DNA of 64,000 nucleotides from an uncultured Solirubrobacteraceae bacterium (GCA_963846015.1 CAWJUE010000005.1:81466-145465), one strand, 5' to 3'. Shown: positions 9,830 to 20,660, counted from the stretch's first letter. Translations and numbers: made by a program. Notes: generated by a model not told the origin, from the sequence alone.

Positions 9830-10348
9830 TCAGCCGCGGGTGAGGAAGTCCGGCTTGGGCTGGGGCGGGGGGGCGCGGTAGAGCACGTGCGGCCAGCCGG
9901 CGTGCTCGAACTCGTGGGCGTACTCGAGGCCGAGTTTCTCCATCACCCGGCGGGAGGCGGCGTTGTCGCGGCGCGTGAACGCGACGACGCGACGGAGCTG
10001 CAGGTCCGATGCTTCGCTCAGGGCGCGGCGCCCGAGCTCGGTGGCGACGCCCTGACCCCAGTGGTCACGGGCCACCGTCCAGCCGACCTCGACCTCGCCG
10101 CGGCCGGCGGCGATCGTGTGCTGGACGAGGCTCCAGCCGATACAGCGGCCGTTCTCCCAGGCGAGCGACCGGCCGAAACCGTGCGCGGTCCAGTGCGCGA
10201 CGGCCCGTGCCACCATCGTCTCGCAGTCGGCGAGCGTGAACGGCCCCTCGTCGCCGGCGCGGCGCAGCCACGTCGCGACCGCGGGATCGCCCAGCAGATC
10301 GTGGACGGCGGCCGCGTCGTCGGGGGTGATCGGGCGGAGGTCGAGCAC
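9830..10348 (-). CDS. GNAT N-acetyltransferase (RimJ/RimL-like)
   Basis: EVEVGWTVARDHWGQGVATE..DNAASRRVMEKLG. Confidence 0.88.
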   Translation of the reverse strand: MLDLRPITPDDAAAVHDLLGDPAVATWLRRAGDEGPFTLADCETMVARAVAHWTAHGFGRSLAWENGRCIGWSLVQHTIAAGRGEVEVGWTVARDHWGQGVATELGRRALSEASDLQLRRVVAFTRRDNAASRRVMEKLGLEYAHEFEHAGWPHVLYRAPPPQPKPDFLTRG

Positions 10349-10424
10349 GCGGGCCAGCCTAGTGGCACCGGCGGCAACGAAACGGCCGCAGCTGCGCTTG
10401 CGCCGCTTGCGAATATGTGTGCAC

Positions 10425-13169
10425 GTGACAGTGGCCCCATCCACCGACAGCGCCTTTGAGGCCGACCAGGCGTTGTTGACCGGGGTGTTGCGCGAGGTGA
10501 TCGCCCTGAGCGAGAGCGAGGACGCGCTGGCGCTGCTCGACGAGGCGGTCGAGCTGGGACGTCGCGCGCGCCGGGGTTCGGAGGCCGACGCCGACGCGCT
10601 CGCCGAGCTTGTCGCGGGGCTGGATCTGGACCGGATGGAGGTGCTGGTGCGGGCGCTCACACGCTGGTTTCAGCTGATCAATCTGGCCGAGGACAACGAG
10701 CGCGTACGGCGGCTGCGGGGGCGTGACCTGGCCGACCCGCAGACGCCGCGCAAAGGCTCGCTGCGCGAGGCGATCTCCCGCTTGCAGAGCTCCGGTATGA
10801 CCCGGGCTCAGCTGCAGGAGCTGCTGAGCCAGGCCGAGCTGCGGCTGGTGATGACCGCGCACCCGACCGAGGCCCGCCGCCGGACGACGATCGACAAGCT
10901 CGCCCGCGTCTTCAGCGTGCTGCACGAGCTCGACGAGCGCTCAGCGCCCGACCGCGAGGATGCGCGCCGGCGGCTCGAGGCGACCGTCCAGGAGCTGTGG
11001 GGCTCCGACGACATCCGCGCCGCCGAGCTGACCGTGCTCGACGAGGTTCGCGGCGGGCTCGTGCACTTCGCCTCGACGCTGGCCGACACCGTGCCGCGGA
11101 TCTACCGCGACCTCGAGCGGGCGATCGCCGAGAGCTATCCGGACGTCGACGGGGCCGAGCCGGTGACGGTGCCGCCGCTGCTCGGGTTCGGTTCCTGGAT
11201 CGGCGGTGATCGTGATGGCAACCCGTTCGTGACCCCGCGGATGACGGTGCAGGCGCTCGAGCTGATGCGTGAGCAGTGCCTGCGTCTGCTGGAGTCCGGC
11301 CTCGAGCAGCTCGCCGGGCGGCTGTCGCTGTCGGAGCGGCTGACCGGCCGCCCGACCGGCCTGGCGGCGATCCTGGCTCGCGGCGAGCTCGAGTTCCCGG
11401 AGTTGGCCGCGACGCTCGCCGGGCTGAACCCCGAGGAGCCCTATCGCCGGGCGCTGACGTTCATGCGCGAGCGCATCCGCGCCACGCAGTCGCGCACCGC
11501 CGGCGGATACGCGACGCCGGACGAACTGCTCGAGGACCTCGATGCGGTGCGGCGGTCGCTGTGCGCCGGCTCGGGCGCGCTGACCGCAGACGCGGAGCTG
11601 GGCGACTTCATCCGCCAGGTGCAGGTATTCGGCTTTCACTACGCGCGGCTGGACATCCGTGAACACGCCCAGGTCCATCACCGCACGCTGCACGAGATCT
11701 ACCACCAGCTCGGGGTTTGCGAGGACTATGCGGGCCTGTCGGAGGACGAGCGCCGCGAGCTGCTGCAGCGCCAGATCGCCGATCGCCGTCCGCTGCTGCC
11801 GGCCGACATCGAGCGCTTCTCGGCGTCGGCGCAGGAGACGATCGAGACCTTCCGGATGCTGCGTGAGACGCTCGCGGTCGCCAACCCGGGCGCGGTCCAG
11901 ACCTACATCGTGTCGGGCACCGAGGGACCGGTGGACCTGCTCGAAGTGCTGCTGCTGATGAAGGAGTGCAGCCTCTGCGAGGCCGGCGGGCGTGACGCTC
12001 AGCTGCGGATCGTGCCGCTGCTGGAGGCCGGCGCGACGCTCGAGGCCGGACCGGAGACGATCGCGGCGCTGCTGGAGATGCCGGTCTACCGCGAGGCGCT
12101 GCGGTCGGTCGGTGACGAGCAGGAGGTGATGATCGGCTATTCGGACTCCAACAAGGACGTCGGCTATCTCGCCTCGGCCTGGGCCGCCTATACGGCGCAG
12201 GTGCGGATCGCCGAGGTGCTGCGTGAGCGGGGCCTGCGGTGGCTGTTCTTCCATGGCCGCGGTGGAGCGGTCGGGCGGGGCGGCGGGCCGACCAACCGCG
12301 CGATCCGGGCGCTGCCGCCCGGCACCGTCGACGCGCGGCTGAAGATGACCGAGCAGGGTGAGGTGCTGACGGCCAAGTACGCAGTCCCGCAGATCGCCCA
12401 TCGTGAGCTGGAGCTCGCGACGTCGGCGACGCTGGCCACCGGCCGCGCCAACCGCCACTCCGAGAGCGCCCGGTTCGACGAGCTGATGGATCAGATGGCC
12501 GCCGAATCGGCGGCCAAGTACCGCTCGATCGTGGTCGGCGATCCGGACTTCGTGCGCTTCTTCGAGGCGGTCACCCCGGTGGGGGAGATCTCGCTGCTGC
12601 GGCTCGGGTCCCGGCCGGCGAAGCGCTCGCGCGCAGCCGGAATCGACGATCTGCGCGCGATCCCGTGGGTGTTCTCGTGGACGCAGTCGCGGATCCTGCT
12701 GCCCGGCTGGCTCGGGCTCGGGACGGCGCTACGCGGCGCCCGGGAGCGGCATGGGCTGGATGTGTTGCGGCAGCTGCGCGACGAGTGGCCGTTCTTCGAA
12801 AGCCTGCTGTCCAATGCCGAGATGGGCTGCGCCAAGGCCGACCTGCAGATCGCGCGGCGCTACGTCGCGCTGTGGGATGACGCCCAGCCGCGCGACCGGA
12901 TCTGGCGGGCGCTCGAAGCGGAGCTCGAGCTGACGATCGCCGAGCTCGTGACGATCGGCGGCGGCGAGCGGCTGCTCGACGCCGAGCCGGTGCTGCAGGC
13001 GTCGATCGCCCGGCGCAACCCCGCCGTCGACCCGCTGTCGTTCGTCCAGGTGGAACTGACCCGGCGGCTGCGGGCCGCCGGTTCCGACGGCGACGGTTCC
13101 GAGCAGCTGCATCGCGTCAGCCAGCTGACGATCAACGGGATCGCCAGCGGCCTGCGCAACACGGGCTGA
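10425..13169 (+). CDS. ppc: Phosphoenolpyruvate carboxylase
   Basis: VMTAHPTE, GSWIGGDRDGNP, QEVMIGYSDSNKD, FHGRGGAVGRGG, LRAIPWVFSWTQ, C-terminal GLRNTG. Confidence 0.96.
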   Translation: MTVAPSTDSAFEADQALLTGVLREVIALSESEDALALLDEAVELGRRARRGSEADADALAELVAGLDLDRMEVLVRALTRWFQLINLAEDNERVRRLRGRDLADPQTPRKGSLREAISRLQSSGMTRAQLQELLSQAELRLVMTAHPTEARRRTTIDKLARVFSVLHELDERSAPDREDARRRLEATVQELWGSDDIRAAELTVLDEVRGGLVHFASTLADTVPRIYRDLERAIAESYPDVDGAEPVTVPPLLGFGSWIGGDRDGNPFVTPRMTVQALELMREQCLRLLESGLEQLAGRLSLSERLTGRPTGLAAILARGELEFPELAATLAGLNPEEPYRRALTFMRERIRATQSRTAGGYATPDELLEDLDAVRRSLCAGSGALTADAELGDFIRQVQVFGFHYARLDIREHAQVHHRTLHEIYHQLGVCEDYAGLSEDERRELLQRQIADRRPLLPADIERFSASAQETIETFRMLRETLAVANPGAVQTYIVSGTEGPVDLLEVLLLMKECSLCEAGGRDAQLRIVPLLEAGATLEAGPETIAALLEMPVYREALRSVGDEQEVMIGYSDSNKDVGYLASAWAAYTAQVRIAEVLRERGLRWLFFHGRGGAVGRGGGPTNRAIRALPPGTVDARLKMTEQGEVLTAKYAVPQIAHRELELATSATLATGRANRHSESARFDELMDQMAAESAAKYRSIVVGDPDFVRFFEAVTPVGEISLLRLGSRPAKRSRAAGIDDLRAIPWVFSWTQSRILLPGWLGLGTALRGARERHGLDVLRQLRDEWPFFESLLSNAEMGCAKADLQIARRYVALWDDAQPRDRIWRALEAELELTIAELVTIGGGERLLDAEPVLQASIARRNPAVDPLSFVQVELTRRLRAAGSDGDGSEQLHRVSQLTINGIASGLRNTG

Positions 13170-13338
13170 GCGCTTGCCGGTGAGAGCGCACGCTGATCGA
13201 GATTTCTAACGACAGGTGAGCAAAATCTCGAGCACCCCGGCCAACATCGGCGGCGTTGCGCCAGGCGCGTCGGACTGCGCCGCCGGCGCGCAACTTCGGG
13301 TAGTACCTTGGGGTACCTCTTGCCGGGGCCCTTCCTGA

Positions 13339-15072
13339 ATGCCGCACGTTCCTGATCTCACCGGCTCCGCGCTGGACGACCGCTATGAGCTCCACGCCGT
13401 GATCGGTGAGGGGGCGTTCGGCCGCGTGTACGCGGGCCGCGACCGCCGCCTGGAACGCGCGATCGCGGTCAAGGTGATCAAGCCGTGGTGGGCGGAGGAC
13501 CCGGACTGGGTGACCGACTTCGAACGTGAGACGCGGCTGCTGGCGCGGATCTCGGACCCCGGGATCGTGCAGATCTATGACGTCGGGCACGCGCCCGAGG
13601 GTCGCTACTACGTGTCGGAGCTGGTGTCGGGCGAGAACCTGGCGCAGCGGTTGCGCCACGGTCCGATCGCGCCATGGCGGGCGGCCGGGATCGCCGCGCA
13701 GCTGTGCCGGGCGCTGGCCGGCGCGCACGCCCAGCGGATCGTCCATCGTGATGTCAAGCCGCCGAACATCCTGCTGTCGAGCTCGGGTCAGGTGAAGGTC
13801 GGGGACTTCGGCGTCGCCGGGTTGGCGGAGGGCTCCAGTGGCGGCGGCTCGCAGACGATCGTCGGCACGCCCTCCTACATGGCGCCGGAGCAGAGCCGCG
13901 GCCGCCCGATCTCGCCCGCCACGGACGTCTACAGCGCCGGTGTCGTCCTGTACGAGATGGTCGCCGGCCGGCGACCGTTCCGCGCCGATTCCGCGGTCGA
14001 GCTGGCGCTCTGCCATCTGCAGGACCCGCCGCCGCCGCTGCCCACGAGCGTCCCCGAGCCGCTGCGACAGATCATCGCGCGGGCGCTGGCCAAGGATCCG
14101 TCGGAGCGCTACGCCGACGGCGGCGAGATGGCCGACGCGCTGGTCGACGCCAGCCGCCGGGCGGGCGAGCGCGCCCGGGAACGGACCGGGCGCTCGACGG
14201 GCCGCGCGGCGCTGCGCCCCCCGCGCCGCAGGGCGGAGCGCAGCGCCAGCACCGCCGTCATGGCGACCCCCTCGTTCGTGGCCGCGACTGCCGGGACCGC
14301 GATCCTGACGCCCCCGGCGCGACCGACCGACCGACCTCGGCGCTCGTCGGCGACCACGCCGCCACGCCGTCCCGCACCGCCGGCGGTGGCGATCGGCCCC
14401 GATGGCACCCGTCCGGCGCCGCTGGTCTCGCCGCGTTCCGAGCACAACCCACCCGCCCGGCGGCGCGCGATCGGAGCGCTGTTCGCGGCGTTTGCGCTGG
14501 TCGCAGCGATGGTCGCCGCCGCAATCCTGGTCGGGTCGGGCAGCGGCTCCGGGAAGCACCACGCCGTCGTCACGTTGACCCGGGTCCCTGACGTGACTGG
14601 CATCAGCGCGGTTGCCGCCGAGGCGAAGCTGAAGCGCAGCCACCTCCATGTCCACACCGTGACGGTGCCCTGGCCCGGGCACGCGGCGGGCACCGTCCGC
14701 AGCCAGTCGTCGGTCGCGAGACAGCTCGCGCGCGGCTCGACGGTGACGCTCGACGTCGCCGAGGTCCCGACCTGGAAGACGGTCGGCCGGTTCAGCACGG
14801 CGAGCTCGCCGGTGTTCCTGATCGAGGGCAACCGGTTCCGGCTCGTGTACAGCGTGCAGGACGAGAAGTCCTGCACGCTCTGGGTGTTCTGCTCGCGCAC
14901 CAGCGCGACGGTGACCGACACCGCGTCGGGCTCCCAGCTCGACACGTTCGACCTCAGCGACGGCAGCGGCGAGAGCCAGGTGTTCGCCACCGGGCCAGGC
15001 AGCTACCAGGTCAAAGTCGACCCCGCCTCGGGCGACGCGCGCTGGTCCTTCGCGGTCCAGGACTGGTACTAG
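13339..15072 (+). CDS. Hanks-type Ser/Thr kinase with TM helix and PASTA-like extracellular domain
   Basis: GEGAFGRVY, AVKV, HRDVKPPN, DFG, GTPSYMAPE; TM then VPDVTG PASTA start. Confidence 0.92.
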   Translation: MPHVPDLTGSALDDRYELHAVIGEGAFGRVYAGRDRRLERAIAVKVIKPWWAEDPDWVTDFERETRLLARISDPGIVQIYDVGHAPEGRYYVSELVSGENLAQRLRHGPIAPWRAAGIAAQLCRALAGAHAQRIVHRDVKPPNILLSSSGQVKVGDFGVAGLAEGSSGGGSQTIVGTPSYMAPEQSRGRPISPATDVYSAGVVLYEMVAGRRPFRADSAVELALCHLQDPPPPLPTSVPEPLRQIIARALAKDPSERYADGGEMADALVDASRRAGERARERTGRSTGRAALRPPRRRAERSASTAVMATPSFVAATAGTAILTPPARPTDRPRRSSATTPPRRPAPPAVAIGPDGTRPAPLVSPRSEHNPPARRRAIGALFAAFALVAAMVAAAILVGSGSGSGKHHAVVTLTRVPDVTGISAVAAEAKLKRSHLHVHTVTVPWPGHAAGTVRSQSSVARQLARGSTVTLDVAEVPTWKTVGRFSTASSPVFLIEGNRFRLVYSVQDEKSCTLWVFCSRTSATVTDTASGSQLDTFDLSDGSGESQVFATGPGSYQVKVDPASGDARWSFAVQDWY

Positions 15073-15134
15073 CGCTCACTGCCCGGCCCCGCGAGGGCGG
15101 CCCTGGCAGATTTCGACTCAAAGCGCGCTCCGGC

Positions 15135-16178
15135 TCAGCGGTTCGTGAGCTGACGCCGGATCGCGGCCGCGAACGCGTCGACGTCGGATTCGGTCGTGTC
15201 CCACGCGCACATCCAGCGGACCTCGTCGGCGCGCTGATCCCACATGTAGAACGGAAACTCGTCCTGCAGCGGCGCGATCGCCTCGGTCGGCAGCGTCGCG
15301 AACACGACGTTGGCCTGCGGGGCACGAGTGATGCGAACGCCGTCGATGTCCGCGACCGCGTCGTGCAGGCGCGCGGCCATCGCGTTGGCGTGGCCGGCGT
15401 TTGCGCGCCACAGCTCGTCGTTCAGGTACGCGTCGAACTGCGCCGCGACGAACCGCATCTTCGAGGCGAGCTGAAGCGTCAGCTTGCGCAGGTAGAGGAA
15501 GCCGTCGGCGAGTTCCGGCTCGGTGAATACGACCGCCTCGCCGCCCAGCAGCCCATTCTTGGTGCCGCCGAACGAGACGATGTCAGCGCCCGCGGCGGTG
15601 CTCGCCTCCGCCAGCGAGACGCCGAGCGCGGCCGCGGCATTGGTCAGCCGCGAGCCGTCGACGTGCAGCACGAGCCCGTGTTGGTGGGCGAACTCGGCGA
15701 GCGCCCGCAGCTCGGCCGGTTGGTACAGCGTGCCGAGCTCGGTCGACTGCGACACGGTCAGCACCCGCGGCTGCACGACGTGCTCGTCGCCGATCCGATC
15801 GATCCAGCGCTCGGCCAGTTCGGGCGTCAGCTTCCCGTCGGGCGCCGGGACGGTCAGCAGCTTGATTCCGGCGACCGACTCGGGCGCGCCGCATTCGTCG
15901 ACGTTGACGTGTGCGCTCTCAGCGCAGATCGCCCCCTGCCACGGCCGGCAGGCGGCGCGCAGCGACAGTACGTTGGCGGCCGAGCCGTTGAACACGAAGA
16001 ACGCCTGAGCGCGCTCGCCGAACTGCGCCGCCACCCGACGCTCGATCTCCTGGGTGTACGGATCGTGGCCGTAGGCGAGCGCGTGTCCGTCGTTGACCGC
16101 GGCGATCGCGGTCAACACCTTCGGGTGCACGCCGGCCGAGTTGTCGGAGGCAAATCCCCGTGGTCTCGCGTCGCTCAT
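15135..16178 (-). CDS. ltaE: Low-specificity L-threonine aldolase
   Basis: FASDN, YGHD, HVNVDECGAPE, HVDGSR, SFGGTKNG. Confidence 0.88.
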   Translation of the reverse strand: MSDARPRGFASDNSAGVHPKVLTAIAAVNDGHALAYGHDPYTQEIERRVAAQFGERAQAFFVFNGSAANVLSLRAACRPWQGAICAESAHVNVDECGAPESVAGIKLLTVPAPDGKLTPELAERWIDRIGDEHVVQPRVLTVSQSTELGTLYQPAELRALAEFAHQHGLVLHVDGSRLTNAAAALGVSLAEASTAAGADIVSFGGTKNGLLGGEAVVFTEPELADGFLYLRKLTLQLASKMRFVAAQFDAYLNDELWRANAGHANAMAARLHDAVADIDGVRITRAPQANVVFATLPTEAIAPLQDEFPFYMWDQRADEVRWMCAWDTTESDVDAFAAAIRRQLTNR

Positions 16179-16208
16179 CGCGCCGCGAGCTTATTCACTA
16201 CGGGCCCG

Positions 16209-17282
16209 CTAAGAGCGCAGCGGGGGCGCCTGCGCCGCGCCAACCGTGCCGGCGGCCCCGCGTCGACGCGCTTGCGCCCACGTGACCATCCGCCCTTGAT
16301 CCTCGTCGTACAACTTCAGCCGGACCGCCCGCAACCCGTCGACGAGCGACAGCACCGGGACGTCGTGGAAGATCGGGTTGTCGTCGTGGGCGCGCTGGAG
16401 GTTGTAATTGGGGATCCGGGCGCTGAGATGGTGTACGTGGTGCAGACCGATGTTGCCGGTGAAGAACTGCAGCACCTTGGGAAGTTTCAGGTAGGAGCTG
16501 CCCCGCAGCGCTGCGTCGGCATAGCTCCAGTGTTCGGCGCTCTCCCAGTAGACGTCCTCGAACTGATGCTGGACGTAGAACAGCCAGATCCCGGTGGCGC
16601 CGGAGATCATCAGGATCGGCACCTGGATCTCCAGGAAGTGTTGCCAGCCGATCAGCCAGCAGATCGCCGCGACCAACACGACCAGAACCGCGTTGGTGGC
16701 ATAGACAGCGTTGCGGATCCGCGGACGAGCGCCCTTCTCGGGGATGCGCGGCGCGACCAACATCGCCACGAACGGTCCGATCCCGAACATCACCAGCGGA
16801 TTACGGAACAACCGGTAGGCGAGCCGCCCCGACCAGGGCTTTGACTCGTACTCCGCGAGCGTGATCGTGTCGACGTCGCCGACCCCGCGGCGATCGAGAT
16901 CGCCGGCGGTGGCGTGATGGATCGCGTGCTCGAGCTTCCAGGCGCGGAAGCACTGGAAGACGATCGCGCCGACGATCGTCCCGACCCACGCGTTGGCGCG
17001 CTTGGAGCGCATGAACGATCCGTGCGTGCAGTCGTGAAAGACGATGAACGAGCGGACGGCGAAGCCGGCCGCCGGAATCGCGAGCGCGAGGGTCAGCAGA
17101 TATGACACCGACAGCGACAGGTACATCAACACCCACAGCGCGATGTAGGGGACGACCGAGGTCGCGATATCGAGCGCTGAGCGCCGCGGGTTCGGGCGGG
17201 CGTAGGGCGCGAGCGTCTCGCTCCAGCCCGAGGGCTCCAGCGAGATCGGCGCATCCGGCGTGGACAGGGTTGGGGTCAGCAT
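16209..17282 (-). CDS. Membrane fatty acid desaturase (Des/DesA-like)
   Basis: His boxes HDCTH, HAIHH, HHVHH; FYVQHQFE. Confidence 0.92.
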   Translation of the reverse strand: MLTPTLSTPDAPISLEPSGWSETLAPYARPNPRRSALDIATSVVPYIALWVLMYLSLSVSYLLTLALAIPAAGFAVRSFIVFHDCTHGSFMRSKRANAWVGTIVGAIVFQCFRAWKLEHAIHHATAGDLDRRGVGDVDTITLAEYESKPWSGRLAYRLFRNPLVMFGIGPFVAMLVAPRIPEKGARPRIRNAVYATNAVLVVLVAAICWLIGWQHFLEIQVPILMISGATGIWLFYVQHQFEDVYWESAEHWSYADAALRGSSYLKLPKVLQFFTGNIGLHHVHHLSARIPNYNLQRAHDDNPIFHDVPVLSLVDGLRAVRLKLYDEDQGRMVTWAQARRRGAAGTVGAAQAPPLRS

Positions 17283-17619
17283 CGATTAAGAACTCCCGAG
17301 TTGCACAGCAAGCCTGGAAGTCAGCCCGCGCTCCATCCCGGCCCGCGACGATGCCCTCCGCTCGGCGGAGCGTACCCGCTGCGGAAGTCGGCTGCGTCGG
17401 GGGCCGAGCATCTGCGGCCATCGGGGACCGCCGGCGACGGCCGTCCTCACCGGCATCTCATCTCCGGTCGCGATGATCTCCGGCGATGATGACGTTGCGG
17501 TTTCTGCGGTGGTTGGCGGGTGCGGTTCCCGCGAAGCTGAGGCAGGGTTCGGTATCTGGATCACGTCGCGAAGGTACACGACTTGACGCCCGCCATCGGC
17601 GATCGTCTCCCGATCGATC

Positions 17620-17679
17620 CAGTTTTTAGGGTTCGCTTACCCGAGTCATGGCTCGTGCTAAGAAAAACCCTGCAAACTG
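17620..17679. promoter_or_regulatory. 60-bp nested imperfect palindrome upstream of the desaturase
   Basis: CAGTTTTTAGGGTT (17620-17633) versus AACCCTGCAAACTG (17666-17679), with inner CTTA/TAAG and CGAGTCATGGCTCG. Confidence 0.5.
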
Positions 17680-17683
17680 AGTT

Positions 17684-18427
17684 TTATATGAGATCCGTGC
17701 CGTCGCGCGCGAGCCGTTCACGGACCGCGACGGCGGTCGCCGGATCGTCGGTGATCACGCCCTGAAGCGCCGGCTCCGACAGCCAGCGGGTCAGCCGGGC
17801 GGGCTGGTTGACGGTCCACACCCACAGCGGCAGCGACCGGGCCGCCAGCAGCTTCGCCGTCAGCCGTCGCTCGGCCAGCACCAGCGCTTGGGCGTCACAC
17901 GCGTGCGCATCGGCGAGCGGGTCGCCGATATGCATCGGTCCGGCGATCAGCCCGGTGGCGCGGGACGGATCGCGCTCACGGATGGCGCGGATCGCGGCCG
18001 GGTCGAACGACGTCAACAGCAGTGGGCCGTTCCAGCCGGCGATCGCGTCGAGCAAGACCGGTACGACCCGCGCCTCCTTGATCTCGAGGTCGAGTCCGAT
18101 CCGACCGGCGGACAGCTCCAGCAGCGCCTCGAGCCCGACCGGAGCGGATGCCGTCCGGCGAGACCGCGATGGCCGCGGCCGGGGCCGGCTCGGAGAGCGC
18201 CGGGAGCGGGGGCGGCCATGGCGGGCACTTGGCGAGATCGGTCGCAGGCGCTCGTGTGACAGCACGGGCCGTCCCGCGCGGTCCGCCCGGACGTCGGTCT
18301 CGATCATCTCGCAGCCAGAATCGATCGCCGCCTCGAACGCCTCAATCGAGTTGTCGGGCAGCCGCAGGCTGGCGCCGCGGTGGGCGCAGACGATCGGGCG
18401 GGCCGGCGCGCCGTCGTGCTCGGTCAC
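17684..18427 (-). CDS. Glycerophosphodiester phosphodiesterase
   Basis: CAHRGAS..PDNS, IETDVR, VLSH, LEIK, VWTVN, GVITDDP. Confidence 0.88.
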   Translation of the reverse strand: MTEHDGAPARPIVCAHRGASLRLPDNSIEAFEAAIDSGCEMIETDVRADRAGRPVLSHERLRPISPSARHGRPRSRRSPSRPRPRPSRSRRTASAPVGLEALLELSAGRIGLDLEIKEARVVPVLLDAIAGWNGPLLLTSFDPAAIRAIRERDPSRATGLIAGPMHIGDPLADAHACDAQALVLAERRLTAKLLAARSLPLWVWTVNQPARLTRWLSEPALQGVITDDPATAVAVRERLARDGTDLI

Positions 18428-18491
18428 GGCTGGGAAGCTAGTCGCTGGCGGTGACGCACCGCGACGGCGCCCGCAACGACCCAGCGCGGTG

Positions 18492-19769
18492 TCAGCTGGA
18501 GGGGAGCAGCTCGTCGGAGTGATCCAGAGCTGCGGCGATCGCGCCCGTGATCCGCCACAGCTCGCCCTCCTCGATCACGAACGGAGGCGAGATCTGGATC
18601 GTGTTGTTGGTGATGATCCGGACCACGACCTGCTGCTCCAGGCAGGCACGAGCAATCGCCGCGCCGTCGACGTCCGGCGCCAGTTGGACGCCGGCCAGCA
18701 GACCAATTCCGGTCCGGACCTCGGTTACGAGCGGATGCTTGGTGAGCGGCGTCATCGCCTGCTCGAGGACCGGCGACAGGGTCGCGACGCGGGCGACGAG
18801 TTGCTCCTCCTCGATCACGTCGAGGTTCGCCTGAGCGACCGCGCAGGCGGTCGCGTGGCCGGAGTAAGTGACGCCGTGGCGGAAGATCGGTGCGCCCTCG
18901 GCGAAGAACGGCTCCCACACCCGAGGCCCGATCAGCACGCCACCCAGCGGCGCGTAGCCCGAGGTGATCCCCTTGGCGACCACGACCATGTCGGGGTGCA
19001 GGTCGAACAAATCGCTGGCGAACATCTTGCCGGTGCGACCGAAGCCGGTGATCACTTCGTCGGCGACGAACAGGACGTCGTACTCCTGGCAGATCTGCTC
19101 GACCCGCTGCAGGTACCCGGGCGCCGGCAGGATCACGCCGCCGGTCCCGATGATCGGCTCGGCGAACACGGCCGCGACCCGGTCAGGCCCCAGTCGGAGG
19201 ATCTCGGCCTCGAGCGCGTCGGCGTCGTTGGCGGGGACGCGGGCGGTCTCGGGGATCAGCGACTCCGAGCCGTAGCCCTCGCGGTTGTAGGGGATCCCGC
19301 CGATCGAGGTGCCGAAACCGTGGAGCCCGTGATAGGCCCATTCACGGCTGATGATGATCCGCTTGTTGGTCTGGCCCTGCAGCTGCCAGAAACGCCGCGC
19401 CAGCTTGGCGGCGGTGTCGATCGCGTCCGAGCCGCCGGACACGAAGAACACCTTGGCGTCGTCGATCGGGCTGATCGATGCGATCCGGTCGGCCAACGCG
19501 ACCGCTTGATCGTTGACGTACGTTCCGAACGTGTGGTACGTCTCGAGCTTGCGCATCTGCGCCGCGGCGGCGAGCGCCAGGCGCTCGCGTCCGTGACCGA
19601 TGTTGGCGTGCCACAGGCCCGCCGTCGCGTCCAGCAGCCGGACGCCCTGGTCGGTTTCGAGCCAGGCGCCCTCGCCGCCGACGATCGTCACGCGGTTGGC
19701 CGCCGCGGTCGACATATCCGCCTGCGGCTGCCAGAGCGCGGCGCCCGTGATTTGGGATCCGGAGGTCAT
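18492..19769 (-). CDS. Class III (omega-amino acid) aminotransferase
   Basis: [55 protein letters not shown]. Confidence 0.92.
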   Translation of the reverse strand: MTSGSQITGAALWQPQADMSTAAANRVTIVGGEGAWLETDQGVRLLDATAGLWHANIGHGRERLALAAAAQMRKLETYHTFGTYVNDQAVALADRIASISPIDDAKVFFVSGGSDAIDTAAKLARRFWQLQGQTNKRIIISREWAYHGLHGFGTSIGGIPYNREGYGSESLIPETARVPANDADALEAEILRLGPDRVAAVFAEPIIGTGGVILPAPGYLQRVEQICQEYDVLFVADEVITGFGRTGKMFASDLFDLHPDMVVVAKGITSGYAPLGGVLIGPRVWEPFFAEGAPIFRHGVTYSGHATACAVAQANLDVIEEEQLVARVATLSPVLEQAMTPLTKHPLVTEVRTGIGLLAGVQLAPDVDGAAIARACLEQQVVVRIITNNTIQISPPFVIEEGELWRITGAIAAALDHSDELLPSS

Positions 19770-19815
19770 CGGCCAGACGCTACCCCACGGGCGGCGGCCC
19801 ATGCGTCCAAATCGG

Positions 19816-20335
19816 TCAGTGCAGGAGCACCTTGACGGCGACGACCACGGATCCCGAACAGGACGCCGACGGACGTGTCGATGACCAGCGCACGGCCGGT
19901 CTGCTCGGTGCTGATCCCGATCACGAACTCGGCGAGGACGATCATCCCGGCCGCCGTGTAGACGCCGATCGTCAGTGCCGTGCTCAGGGTGGCGCCGGCG
20001 ATCCAACAGACGACGATCACCAGGAATGGGGGGACGCCGCTCAGCACGACCGCGAGCTCGTGCTGGGCGCTGCTCCAGAACCTCTTGAACTCGAATGAAT
20101 CTCCGGTCTTGACCCGGTCGCCCGCGAACTCCGAGTAGGAGAGCGCCAGCCAGTAGACGATCTCGGCGATCACAATGCCGCCGAGGGCACCCGCATACCG
20201 CTCGGCCCTGGCGTACTCGGCCGAGATCAGCGTCGCGCTCAGGATCGTCCCGTAGACGAGGCCGCCGGGGTTGGTCGGCAGCGGCATCCGCTGCACCTGC
20301 GTTCTGAGCCAGCTCATCGGGCGCGTGCGCTCCAT
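19816..20335 (-). CDS. Hypothetical multi-pass membrane protein (frameshift near C-terminus)
   Basis: [23 protein letters not shown], several TM segments, ends VVAVKVLLH*. Confidence 0.7.
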
Positions 20336-20366
20336 CGCGCCGCGAATCTTGCCGCACGCGGCCCGG

Positions 20367-20660
20367 TCAGCGTCCCTCGAAGCTGAGGCGGCGCTTCTCG
20401 ACGAACGCGTGGACGCCCTCGGAGAAGTCGTGGCTGGATCGGAGCAACCCGTGACGGGCTCGCCGACGTACCGGGTCGTCTCGATCGCGGCGGCGTAGTA
20501 CGGGACCGGGCTCGAGCACGCCGCCGCGACCGGCTTGCAGAGCCGCTGGACGTCGGCGCCGGTGATCACGCCGATCACGCCGTCGCACTGCAGCGCGCGG
20601 TGTGAGTCGATCGAGCTGATCCGCGCGTGGGCGTGGGGCGAGCGGGCGATCGCGCTACCG
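20367..20660 (-). pseudogene. Chimeric remnant: Mo-hydroxylase large-subunit N-terminal fragment joined to the C-terminus of an enoyl-CoA hydratase/hydrolase
   Basis: [28 protein letters not shown] (~20645-20453) abuts [27 protein letters not shown] (~20452-20367). Confidence 0.7.
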
